Shown in pieces: positions 1 through 11,823 of a stretch of DNA of 32,015 nucleotides; the stretch's first letter is position 1; each line of letters opens with the position of its first letter. Below the pieces are notes generated by a model that was not told the DNA's origin, searched no databases, and worked only from the letters and a program-made list of their open reading frames with translations. The stretch covers positions 241,200 through 273,214 of the forward strand of contig JBNGIO010006337.1 of assembly GCA_049999805.1 (NCBI GenBank), given 5' to 3'. Source of the DNA: Folioceros fuciformis (Eukaryota). Both the position numbers and the translations under genes were made by a program.

Positions 1-22
1 CTGCACAGCTGCTGCTGCTGCC

Positions 23-79
23 CCTGCTCCTGCTCCTGCTGGGATGCTCCGCCCTGGCTCCTGCTCCTGCTCCTGCTGG
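23..79. repeat. 20-bp direct repeat (CCTGCTCCTGCTCCTGCTGG x2) in a CTG/CTC-rich low-complexity tract upstream of MED13
   Basis: Identical 20-mers at 23-42 and 60-79, built of CCTGCT units. Confidence 0.8.
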
Positions 80-120
80 CGCTAGCTGCAGGGCGGGGCA
101 GGGCAGGGCAGTAGGGCGTC

Positions 121-3100
121 ATGATCACAAATGTTTTCAGACTGGTAAGATGCTCTCGGTGGATTTTCGTTCACGTGGTTTAGAACTGCAGTTGTGGTGT
201 CTGTCGAGGTGGAGGCGCAAGGGCAAGGGCGCAATTGTGATTAGGTTCAGGATTCGTGGTTAGGTCTGGGCAATTGGGAATTGCAGTAGTGGTAGGATTG
301 GGCACCGTGAGCTATCGCCGCCTCTTGCGTCGGCTACCTGCAATCCTCGGAAGGTTGAAATTCGGTTGTCTGGCGGATGGACGCAGGGTGGGTTTCAGCT
401 GGTGTCCTGGTTTGAGCTTCGCCCCGATTTCGATCAAATTTCAGGCAGTTTCATGTGAGTTTCTGCAGAGGTGGCAGTAATTGTGGCTCACACAAATCCT
501 TCCAGTCGCATCGTGGTTGTTGGGTCTCCCAATCTTGCTGTCTGGGCGGATCCATTATTGTGTTTTCTAGTCAATTCACGAGGCTTGGTGTATTTGGCCT
601 CCGACTCGATGTGGGAATATGGGACCAATAAGCTTGCTGCGGTTAATAATGCAGGAAGGATACAGAGAGCCTGGAGCAGCTCGCTGTACATACTCTTTCT
701 GCCCATGCCAGGTTGCAGGAGGAGGGCCATCTAAGTGCGTGCGTTTGCTCTTCCTCTCAGAGAGAAGCAACCTCACAACATTTATCGTACACCGGTGTGG
801 CAGCTGAACCTGTGAAGTTATGGCTTTTCTTCTCTGGTTCCCTTGACACAACAAGCCCATTGTTGAAAGGTGCCACTCAGGGTCTGAGAGGTATGTTGCC
901 AAGGCTGCGATTCCCATTTGCTGCCATTTGGGTTCTGAAGTGACCTCAAGGCAGATGTAATGGTCAGTTTTAAGCGGTGGGTGATCGTCGTTGGTTGGCC
1001 TCTCTAGTTGTCAGAGCTGGCCAATGGTCTCCACCGGGTGAACTTGATGACGTGACCTCAGCACTCACTCAAGCACTTCTCAATCGCTTGGAAAGGTTGT
1101 TATTTTCTCTTGATCGAGGTTTAGTCTTGTTTCGTATCTGGTCAGGGTGACCGTTGGAGTTCTTCATATCGTGCAATTGATCCGCTACTTCATCTAATCT
1201 AGAGCTATGGGCGTGCTACCGTTTCCAGGTCATTGAGGAATTTGACTTATGTCAGATTTGGAGATGTCTTTGTGAAGAGCAAGCAGCCTAACGGCAGCGA
1301 CCCAAGGCTTTACAGGTCCCTGAACTTAACAAAATTTATCGTACAGGTGTTTTTAAGTTCAAAATGGTCTGGCTGCTCATGCTGATCCCCTCTTCTTCTG
1401 CAGTGACGGCATTGTCACTTGCGAATTTGTTTTTGCGTCAAGTGAGGAAGCAATTTTTGTCCATGCAATGGTGCGAAGAAAGTACGTTGCTAGCCAGACT
1501 TGTGGACGGTTATTACTAAGCTCAAAGTTGCGAGTGCTGGTAGTCCATCTTCTGCCATAGGAAGCACCCTGTGGAGGGTAGTGGAATCTGAACATCTCCT
1601 TCGCAGATTGTTTTTGTTCTGACTTGTCAGTGCAGGCGTGTGCGAGGTCTTGATGGTTATGACTTGCAAAATGCTCTTGAGCAGCATGCCGATGGCTCTA
1701 TGCCGCATGACTCAAGTTTGCCAGGTGTGTTTGTGTTCTATGTCCTGGCACAAGCGTTTCCTTGTCGGCAGGCATTTCTCCTTCCTGGTTCTAGTTCTTT
1801 CTTATCAGTTTGCTTTTGCCCACATGCAGTAGCCGTAGCCCCTCACGGGTGGTCTGGAAGACTGACTGGTTGCTGCCCAAGTAACCTTGTAACCAGATTG
1901 AAAAGAAGGTGAGCTCATCTTATCTAGGAAGACGTGTTTGATAGGTTTAAATCCATAGAGCTCACTTTAGCTTGTGCGTCAATTCAGTTTCTGCTGGACA
2001 AACATTGAGTGTCGTGAGTCTGTGTGCTTGATTGCGAATAGGATAACCAGCTGCATTGTAGGAGAGGCATGTAGGTTGCAGATAGAATCCCTGGTCAAAG
2101 ATCTCTTGGACGTGTCGTTTGGTAGAACAGCATGCTGTAACCTTGGCCAGGGTGAAGCCTGCAGATTCTGGGCTAGCTCGACCTGCAAGCTGATACAGCC
2201 AGTGCTTCAACTGCTGGTGCTGTTGCAGCAAGCTGCAGGCGGCGAATGACCAAGCTCCTTCAACTGTACCCTTTCCAAATGTGTCTTTTCCAACAACAGA
2301 TGGCTCTATTCTTTACCCAGGGAGCGGACACGCGTGGGTGTATGCTGGCTACCCAGAGGTCTGCATTGGGTGCTCCCCAGAATCCCCGTCTGGGCTGATT
2401 ACGATGGATTCTGGTGTCACTAGTGCCTCTAACCAGATTTTGGAGTCAGATGGAGGCCAAGCTCATGCCCAGGACAACTCTGGTGGCTCAGTCAACTCGG
2501 ATAGTACTCCGAGGTTGAGAGAAGTGTACATCTTTCCTGCTGAAGCTGTGCTGACCCCAATGCCACCCAAAGTACCCTCACCTATCAATCGCAAAAGGTA
2601 GGGAATACACCATTCTCCTTGATATTTACTCAAATTTTCAGTGTGGTGAACCGTGTTCATGCAGTCTGTTAGAACAGCGATGCTATCTGTAATGTCTTTT
2701 TGTTTCTTTTCCTGCTGCAGGACGTGGTTGCAAAACTGGGCTGGCACTGACTGGTTGGAGAACAGTGAGGTCCCGGGCATTATGAACTTGGCATCTTTGG
2801 TCTACTGGTTTGTTGTCTTACCGGATGCTCTTTTGGCTGAGATTAATCACGCATCACTTCGCAGATCGGTTCTAAGTAGACTTTCATCCTCCCTCCTCTG
2901 CAGGAATGGTGGTGATTATTACAAAATTCGGTCATCTAGGAAAGGTTTCATAATGAGTAGGCCACCCCCTAGTTGCAGCAGCAGCAGTGAGGGTGGTAGT
3001 AGTGCTGAAAGCACCAGCAGCAGCAGGGGCAGCAGTGGCTCCAGTGGTAGTGAGGGGGAAGGGGAAGCGAGTACGTTTGACAAGGGTTTGAAAGCGGATG

Positions 3101-6100
3101 CAGACTCACCTGCAAGTACGGTGGATGGAACTCCAGGGAAGAGGGCTTCTAGGAGGACAGCCAGTGTCAATGAGGGCTCGTTACAACAGCCTGAGAGTTT
3201 TATGCTGGATGGAAAGGGCATGCAGGTGAGGGCTAGCAAGTAGCTGTCAGCAACATGACACAAGGTCGTCCTCCTGCTGTAGTGTGATTGGATTTTATAC
3301 CCAAATATTGACTGCACTGTGAGAGCTAACCCTGGCAGGTTTGGTGGGCTGGTGCTCAGGGGCTGAAGCGAGGCCGGACAAGGGGGCTGGCTGATACTGC
3401 CGCAAAATTTGCTCGAAAGGGTTCTATGGAGGATGTGTCTGCTGTTTTTGAAGCTGCCTCCGACAATGCTCTTAGAACTACAGCTGATGTTTATCAATCA
3501 AGTATGGGTGGAGGCACGCCAAGACCTCCAGTCAGTCAAGCTGGTACACCCTGGGATTGGGCAGATGCCGATGGAGGCATTGGCATGGACATGCAAAATG
3601 ATGCTGACATGTTAGCTGAATTTGGAGACTTTGGAGACTTTTTTGAGGATGATGGTCTGGGTTTTGGCGAGGTTGGTATTTGTCATATTGTTGCGTTTCT
3701 CTTATCGTTAATTTTTTTTGTTATGGAACCACGTGTGATTGCCATAGGGTAGAAAATTGGGTAAAGGGGCCGACATAGACTTGTGCATTTTGGCTATGGG
3801 TAATCTGTTACGATGGTAGTGCTGGTGTGAAAATGCATGCAGCAAATCTGTATCGAGTTTCTACTGACAGATCAGTGTGTTCATTGGTGGATGCTCAACA
3901 GCCACCTGGAACAGCAGAATCACAGGCCTTGTTCTCGTTTGGTGACGGTGGAGATGGAGTGAACACGCCTGGAACAGTGTGTCTGGACACCTCAGATCCT
4001 TTGCTGATGCCTCTTTTGGACTTACCCTTCCTTGAACCTCCAAATCAGCACGGTAATAGCAAAGGGTTAACTGGTGAGACACGAGCTTCTTCTGATGGGC
4101 TGACCTCTGTGAAGTCATCAGCTCCAGGTTCGCTCCAGGGTATCGTGAACAACGAGCTGGAGATGGTACCCCGAGCAGAAGCTTCAGTTATGTTCGCTCC
4201 TGAATTTGCTGCTGTGGAGATCCCCGCTGTAAACAAGTCCACTGCTGAAGTATCTCTGTCAAAGCAATCATACCTGCCTGTTGCTGTAAAGGAATTTCTT
4301 CAATCAGGAAAGTCTGATGCCTATGTATATAGTGCAACTCCTCCCCCAACTTCGAGATTTGGTGGCCTAGACAATGGTAGTGAGGTATGGGCACACGGGT
4401 ATTCCAGATTGGGCAACAGTGGGTCACAGGATGTTGCCTGCGCCACGAAAGATGATTCTTCTGGTGCTGAAGGTGGAAACAAACTGCTGCGGACGTGGTG
4501 GCGATCATGTGGACTACCCTCCATGGCTACTACCTTACCAGCAGAAAAGGTTTCTACAGCCAGATTACAGGCCAGGAATACATCGAAGCTTGTGCCTTCA
4601 ACTGTGGAAGTTCAGAGATCCACTGTTGCACAGATTGCAACAGATATGAACTGTGCATTGTTGCAGCTGCAGCTCCATTGTGCGTTACTACTTGATCCTT
4701 CTGGAAGGCCGTTGAATTGTCAGACAGAAGCCCATGCCGCACAGCTATCTTGGAAGAGCCTTGCAGTAAAAGAAGAGGCCTCGGAAGTTACAAACTTGGT
4801 GGACAGTCATTCTGAGAGAAGTTTAACTCGGGCTTCACGGGATAGGAAAAAAAAGGAACGGATTCCATCTAGGATAGTTGGGGATGTGGAAGAGGGTACA
4901 CATGACGAACATCGAGTGGCACAAGTTGGCGTCTGGCGTTCTGTTGGAACTCCAAAATCCCACAAGGGTCTGAATGCAGGAAATTTCCCTAACCATGGTA
5001 TCGGGGTACCAGCTGATCGAAGTGGTATGGGAGGTGAGGAATCGTTTCAAGGTGGCCTTTTGAGGCAAAATCAGATACTGGAGTATGCAGACGCAGTTCC
5101 ACTTTTGGCCCAGCAAGCTGCCGTTCCGGTTGATATTGTCTTAGATGGAGAGTGTGGTGATGGTCCATACCAGTGGCTTGCGTCACGTGAACAGAACAAG
5201 CGTCTTGGATGTTGCGCAAGTGGGATGGTGCACAAGGGATGTGGTGGTATGTTCTCTTTGAGGCATTGGCTCGAAATATCTGGCTTGGAGCTGATTGATC
5301 CTCTTGGGGGAGAGGTAATGCTAAACTCTTCACTGCGGATTCTGTGCTGTAGCACATACTCATAGTGCTACGGCTCTGTAGCTTCATGATGTGTAAGGTC
5401 ATTGTGTCATTACAATGTGGTAGTTAGCTTGCAAAAGCATTGTCCCTGATGAAATTTATGCATTGCGTTGCTTCTGGCTCATGCTTGGCTTTTATGTTCC
5501 TGGAATACTCTCAGGTCAGTCCAGCAATGGCATCTAATGTGCTGCGGAGAGATGTGCGCTGGGCCATGGCCAATTCGTTTGGCAAAACAAATTTCGATGG
5601 ACCTTTGACCATGGCAGAGTGGTGCACTGGCAGAGCTCAGTCATCTGATTGTGGGGAGTTAACTGACAGTATCACTGTAGATTCGAAGGCTAGTGTCATG
5701 CATGTCAGTGCAGAGCACCTGGGCCAACAGCAGAACACTTGTGGACCTCCAGGATCAGTAAAAGGAAACTCTTCCTTTTCCTCTCACTTAAGGATTGATG
5801 ATGGTTGTCACAGGCGCTCTGGGGAAGATTCGAGCCATCAGGTCCTGGGATCCAGTAGAAATTATGATCCAAGTGTTCGTGCGATTGCTCTTCCTGGGGT
5901 TGTTGTGGGGTAAGTTGTAATTTACCATGACTAGTTGCTGCATAGCTCCACACTCTAGCCCGTGGACGAGTAAGATGGTGGAAAACGTGTTGGCTTTTTG
6001 CAGTACTGGTCACATGTGGAGTAACATTTGAGCCCTGCTGTATAAAACTCTCCATTCTTCTTGGCCCATGATGAATCTTCATTTTTTTCCAGGTATCAGG

Positions 6101-8913
6101 ATGATTGGCTTAAAACAAATTTTTCTATGTTGCGTTATTGGGAAAAGGCACCTTTTGAGCCCTTCGCAGTCTCAAAACCTGTGAGTTCACCGAGTGTATA
6201 GAAATATTGATCTACTGAGAAGACTGTTAGTTGAAGGTGTTGATTGACACTGCATCTGTTGTTGTAGGTTCTTTATCACGTGGTGTGCCTGGGATTGGAG
6301 TCTCTCCTTTCAGCAGCAAGTTCTTTTTTCAGTCAGCTGAGTTCAGGTCAGAGATCGAAGTCCGGATTGAAGCTTGATCAGTTTGTAAGCGCTAGTAGTC
6401 TATTTCTGATATCATTTGTATGTTGCAGTGTATGAAATCTGCGGGCTTGGGTCACACCTTCCAGCTGGTGGAGGATCTAGTCCGGCAAGTATGGGGAAGA
6501 TGCCAGCAGGTTTCAGGGTGGTTGATGTGCCTGGCACTGCGAAAGGAGTTCAAAACCCGCTAAGCCTTCCTGGTGACTATGTTGCATGTATGGACAAGTG
6601 GTGGAATATGCTGGAATTTCGAAAAGCGTTTCGAGATGTGTGCAAAAGTATACCTGTAGCAGGGAATACTACTGCCTCACAGAGAGATCCTGAAACGATC
6701 CCTTCAACTGTATTGTCCCAAGAGTTCCTTTTCCTTTTTCTGTGCAATCTGATTGTTGGTTATGTGCTTTGCTGACTGAAAGGATCTTTGCAGGTTGTGT
6801 ATGTGGTTTGCCCGACCTCGGAGCCTGTTGATGTACTTCAGATGATTGTAGATAGTTGCCAGGTTATTGGGTCCTCTCTTAGAATTTCTGAAGGTGGTGA
6901 TAAAGGCACAGCTGGGGGTGGGCAAGGTTCAGCTGTGCCGATCGAAGAGGCAGCAGCTTCCCCAATAGTTGCATGTTCAATAAATCGATTTGCTCTGCAA
7001 GTGGTAACAGCAGATGTCCTTCTTAAGATCAGTGGACATGTTTCCTGCAATCCAGAGATCCTAAAGGACATTGCGTTTGAAGTTTACAATAAAGCTCGAC
7101 GTTTACCTCGACGATGTGCTGCATCTGAACCGGTTCTCAGTGCTGCTTCTAGGATCAGACCAGGGAGTTCAGTTGTTATGCAGCCTGGCGTTGCTATGCC
7201 TGGGATGTGGAAGGATTGCAACACAAACAGAACCAGCATTTCAAGAGATATTGCTCTTGAGAATTCTCTGCTCCGAAGCTGGGAAAGTCCATGGCCATCT
7301 TCAAGAGTGGACTCTGGTAATGAAATATTTTCAGCCACTGTCCAGACGGGGAGCAGTCGCCACCCTCGCTACTTGTATGAACCAGTTTTTGTCCTCGCGG
7401 ATGCTGCCAGTGAGTCGGCAAGTTTTGACCTGCAGTCCAATCGTCTGGTAGTAAAAGACAATGAGAAAAGTATTACTGGTCCAAGTCAACTACTGGCTGC
7501 CAGTATGTCTGAACCTGGCACAAACATTCCTTGTGAAGTGTCAGAGACGGATTTATTAGCTGCCGGGCCTGATCTTCATTGTTGTTATGTATGGGCTGAA
7601 GACTGGCAATGGTTAGTCTCTGTATGGACAGATGCACGTGGTGAGCTTTTAGATATTCACGTGTGGCCCATAGCTGGAGTAGGAGGAACCTCACTTCAAG
7701 CAATTTTCTTCGAAGTACTGCATCAAGGTCTCCTCCTGTTGCAGTCTGCAGTTGATGCTGGAAGCAAGAAGAGTAGAAATGTCATAATTTCTCGGCTGGG
7801 AGGCTTTTCTGAGGTGGAGAACCATGGTATGTGTCATTCAGGTTGGTGTTGCTTCTCTTGCTGCCTTCCTGCACTCGATGTCTCATTTGGTGTGTAAACT
7901 GTGACGGGTCCTTGCAGATTGGCAACGGGTGCTAGTTGGTGTTGGAATCGTCGGGAAGAATTGGGATCTCCAGATCAGGCAGTCTGGCCCCGATGATGTA
8001 AATTGTTCTTCAGATAGGGTATTGGGATCAGTGGCCAGCCCAGCATCTCCCAGTATTTCTATGCTGAGGAAAGGTTCCTCCAATTTCGGGATTAGTGATT
8101 TGAACTCCAAGAAGTTGACTCTTCCACCGCAGTTCAATTTTGAAGCAGTCAGGGGAGCGTTGCATTGTGTCCAAAGCATCACCCTAGTTTCTGTACGTCT
8201 GGAACACAGCTTGCAAGTCATGTGCTGCAGCGAGTTTCAACCGTCCGCAGGTTTGGTTCAGTCTCTGGCAGTGAACTTAGTTCTAATCCAGACGTGTGTA
8301 GATCCCTGGACCATAACTTGTGTAACTTGTGGGTGCAGGGCCGCCAGCTACTATTGGTATCCAGCCTGTAACATCCCTAGCAGCACATAAGGCAGCGATG
8401 CTCTTTGTTCCGACGCATAGTATACGATTCTTGTCATCTCCTTATCTATTACGAGGAGGGGCCGGCGATATCCCACCTCTTGGACAGCTTGTGGTTCAAA
8501 ACAACAGAATTGCTCAGCCGTTGGCTTCAGCTTTTGTAGTTACTCCCCAACCGTCAACTCTCGTAATAGGGGATTGGCCTTCCACTCTCTTGGTAGGATT
8601 GATAGCCTCATTCAGTGTATCAAGCACTGGTGCTATGCAACAGGACCTTACAGCAAGAACCGGTTTGATGTCGGAAGGAACTGCGGGCAGAAGGAATAAC
8701 AAGGCTTGTCCTGCAGATGGTAAAGATACCTTACTTGAGGCAAGGAAAGTGTTGGAAGTGGTCGCCCCTCAGTTGCAGGCACTGTCATGGTTAAGTGCTA
8801 GTCCAATGTTTCTGAAGCGACGATCACCTTTGCCCTTCCATTGTGATATAGCTCAAAAACTGAGCAGACTTCTCTCCTTTATGGTGGCTGACGCAGCCCC
8901 TCCGCCAGGATGA
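121..8913 (+). CDS. MED13: Mediator of RNA polymerase II transcription subunit 13 (CDK8 module; GCT/MAB2-like), multi-exon
   Basis: Exon 1 (121-144) MITNVFRL|GTAAG; exon 2 from 387 GGFQLVSWFELRP. Together these match the plant MED13 N-terminus (MWTNVFRIGGLHNVSWFQ). Later conserved blocks: VKLWLF, YVRFGDVF, VAPHG..GRLTGCCPS, EVYIFPAEAVL, a Ser-rich tract followed by ADADS, EFGDFGDFFEDD, PPGTAESQAL, GYQDDWLKT..WEKAPFEP (~6093), LYEPVFVLA, LHCCYVWAEDWQWLVSVWTDARGELLD and RRSPLPFHCD. Stop TGA at 8911-8913. Not all internal exon boundaries were resolved. Confidence 0.95.
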
Positions 8914-9122
8914 TGGGAAAGTAGAAGCATCAGCTTTAGTGATGCGTAATTTATTTGTCAAATTTGACCCCGGGACAGACCTGGGCCATATAGTCTGTAC
9001 AAATTATTCAATTCGAAGGTAGCCAAGATCCGGCTCATTTCTGCATGTATTTCTGTATGTCCATCAAGCCTGTACCAGTTATCTTTCCGAGGAGTGCGGT
9101 GTGTTGTGGAACAAGCTTGTGA

Positions 9123-11437
9123 TTAATTTTTCTGTGGCGTGTGTAGGCGTCTACCTACGAGAGCGATGGGACGAAGTGGAAAACAAAAGCTCCTGCTACA
9201 GTTGGCTCTCCATTGTTCANNNNNNNNNNNNNNNNNNNNNNNNNNNNNNNNNNNNNNNNNNNNNNNNNNNNNNNNNNNNNNNNNNNNNNNNNNNNNNNNN
9301 NNNNNNNNNNNNNNNNNNNGTACTGAGTCTCTGTCTCTCATCAGCCACTACAAAACATGAGTGTCGGGTTAGCTGCCTGCTGGAGGGAAGGACAGCAAGA
9401 CCACGGAAGTCCCTTGGAGACTTGTTACCTTCATGCGTTTGATCTCGTCATTGATTCGGAGCTTGCTATCCTGCAGGAAGCACCAACACTATCACTAAAG
9501 TCTCCATGTCCTAATCCCCACCTGGCAAAAGGTCGCGTGACGTGCTTCAAGCTTTATGGGCTCAGGTCATCGGGGATGCTTGAGACGCAGACATGGGTTT
9601 GTTGAAGGACTTCACCTGATATGCCTTGGAATTAAGCAGACGGTCATCTTTAGCAGGTGATTGAACCCCTTTCATAATAAACGGCGGCTTCGGCGTCACT
9701 GCTCGCTGGGGTGTCTGCGGCCTTTGCGGGGTTGATGCCCGCGCCGGCTTTGGCGCACTAGCTCGTTTGGGTTCGGGCTCGTGTTCTTGCTGGGGCTTAT
9801 GCTTATTACTGTCTGGTGCGGGGAGTGTTCTGGGTCGCACGTCAACGGGCTCACATCTAAGGCGGTGTCGTGACACAGTCTCCGTCTGCACATCCAAAAC
9901 CCTAGTGTAGGTTAGTGCGCTGCAGAAGGAGGCTCTTAACATGGAGAGCCGGAAGAAAGACATTGAAGGCCTGACCTCCTGCCGTTTCAGCCTCTTCGAC
10001 TCTCCAAGATCCTGCATGGATCAACCCATGCAAGCAGCAATCCTAAAGGCATTAGACAACAAATTGTTCTCATGTGATGTTTGCTGCTCCTCGACTAGTA
10101 TGGAAGAAACAGCTTGGGGTGCAAAGAGCAGAGAAAAAGCCTGGGCACTCCTACTGCAGGTCTTTAACAGCGTACAATGGCTGGTACCTGTTACATTTAT
10201 GTACAATCTCAAACTTTTTGTGTTATGGATGGTGAAGAAACCTACTTTTACGTATTGTTCCGCTAGATTCGTGGCTTGTTTAAGCTTTTCTGATTTCTCA
10301 GCAAGTGACCGTTTAATCTCATCCATTTCCCTGGACGTTTGCAAGAGAGTGAGCCATAATGAGGTAGGACGGAATTTGACGAAATTTCAACAACGGGAAA
10401 CACTGGTACGATCACTCGACAAGGATGTGGAAGAGAACGAACCTCCGGAGAGATTCCAACTGCCTGTCAGCAGCTTCTTGAATTTTTTGTTCTCTTTCCT
10501 TCGATGCCTTCAGTAATTCTTCTTCTCTGTCTTTGGCGCGATCGCCAAGCTTTCTCTCCCTGTCTTCAATATCCCTTTCCAGTTTCTTCCTGAAGACCTC
10601 GAATTGCTTATCTCGTTCTTTCGCGGTCAGTAACAATTCCCTTTCCCGTTCGTCTGCTTTCTGGTTTGATGCCGGCATTCCATACAATACAGCAAGTCAC
10701 TGGAAAATTGACTCTGACGGGCAAGGCTAGAGAGCAATCAGATAATGTCAGAATCTGTACCAGTTTGAAATTTTGGAACTCAAGGAGACACGCTTTTTGA
10801 ATAGCTTCATGTTGCTTCGAGAGGGTCTACACACCAGCTCATTGCATCAGCGGAAGCCCTCTTCACCTTGTTTTTGAGTTGGAAACCGAGCACCGAAAGC
10901 ATAACAAAACGCCAGTCACCTCAAGTGCCTCCTTGTTGGATATCTCCACACGCTTGGCAATGGTAGCCTCCTTGAAGGCTTTTATCTTTGCAGCGGTCTC
11001 CCTAAGAATCATTTCTATCTCTCCATCATTTTTCACCAGAATGTTCTGTCACAAACGACGATGGTACTGAGTTTCCTTGGAAGAGTCACATGTAGTGTTG
11101 GATGAGGTGTAGCAGCTCGGTGTGGATTTTCACGGATTGGTCCAGTGCAGGTGCTTATCCCGCAAGACCATATTCCATCCATTAGACCTCTTGCTAGCCT
11201 TTCCAATACTTAAACACAAAAGACCGACGTGTCATCACTGGGGAATTACTGCCTCCTGCGCGGCAAATGACGGTCAACCTGATAGGGCAGATCAGGGTAC
11301 AAGTTGGAAGTAGATTGCGCTGCAAAATGGTGCATGAGCCGATTCAGCTGTGTGAGCTTCATCTCAATCTTTTGGTCCACTTCCGTGCAATTGTCCGGGT
11401 CAACCCCCGCGGCGGGGGTTCTAGGCTCCTGGTCCAT
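9123..11437 (-). CDS. Uncharacterised multi-exon coiled-coil protein with Pro/basic low-complexity region; 3' end uncertain because it spans the gap
   Basis: ATG at 11437 (MDQEPRTPAAG...EVDQKIEMKLTQLNRLM). GT-AG-bounded exons in compatible phases: NILVKNDGEIEMILRETAAKIKAFKEATIAKRVEISNKEALE; TLSKQHEAIQKACLLEFQNFKL; KADERERELLLTAKERDKQFEVFRKKLERDIEDRERKL...; EMDEIKRSLAEKSEKLKQ; DLGESKRLKRQE; the Pro-rich TPQRPQTPQRAVTPKPP exon; DSKLRINDEIKRMK (9429-9470); WLMRDRDSV running into the gap. Possible terminal exon RRLHTPQKN* ending at 9123. The junction after the first exon was not resolved. Confidence 0.7.
9220..9319. other. Assembly gap (100 N)
   Basis: Run of N; falls within the probable 3' part of the minus-strand coiled-coil gene. 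Confidence 0.99.
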
Positions 11438-11823
11438 CACCAACTCCGAGTATGATACCCGGAGTGAAGGCACGTCACACTGCTGCTCGGACGGTCGCCA
11501 GAATTGGAAGGCCAAGAGGAGAACAGGAAGGGCATATTATCTAGGGTTAGTTTTGTTCTTTTGGCTAACCGGGGCAAATGTCATATACAATTCTTGGGTT
11601 ACCTGTTCCCTTTCCTGTGGCATTGCTATCCATACTGTTTGTAAGTTTCAGTTGATCAGAAGTGAATGATCTAGACATGGATAAGGAGGATGGCGTTGAA
11701 GAATGCATCGGATTCTGCTGGGTTTGTGTATCCATGTTTGAATCTCTTGAAGCCCAGCCTTAAGATCTTACGTTTCCGAGCCTCGTAGCTCAGCACATTG
11801 CTGTTTGTCTCCCCAGCGGATCA

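Noticed and set aside
2919-3497. 192-aa minus-strand Leu/Pro-rich ORF
   Set aside because: Antisense shadow of the Ser/Gly-rich MED13 exons.
9941-10516. 191-aa plus-strand ORF
   Set aside because: Antisense to the coiled-coil gene exons and introns; the splice signals support the minus strand.
11402-11420. Perfect 9-bp inverted repeat AACCCCCGC-G-GCGGGGGTT
   Set aside because: It lies inside a coding exon, has a 1-nt loop and no supporting context. It is not a terminator in a eukaryotic gene and is likely chance.
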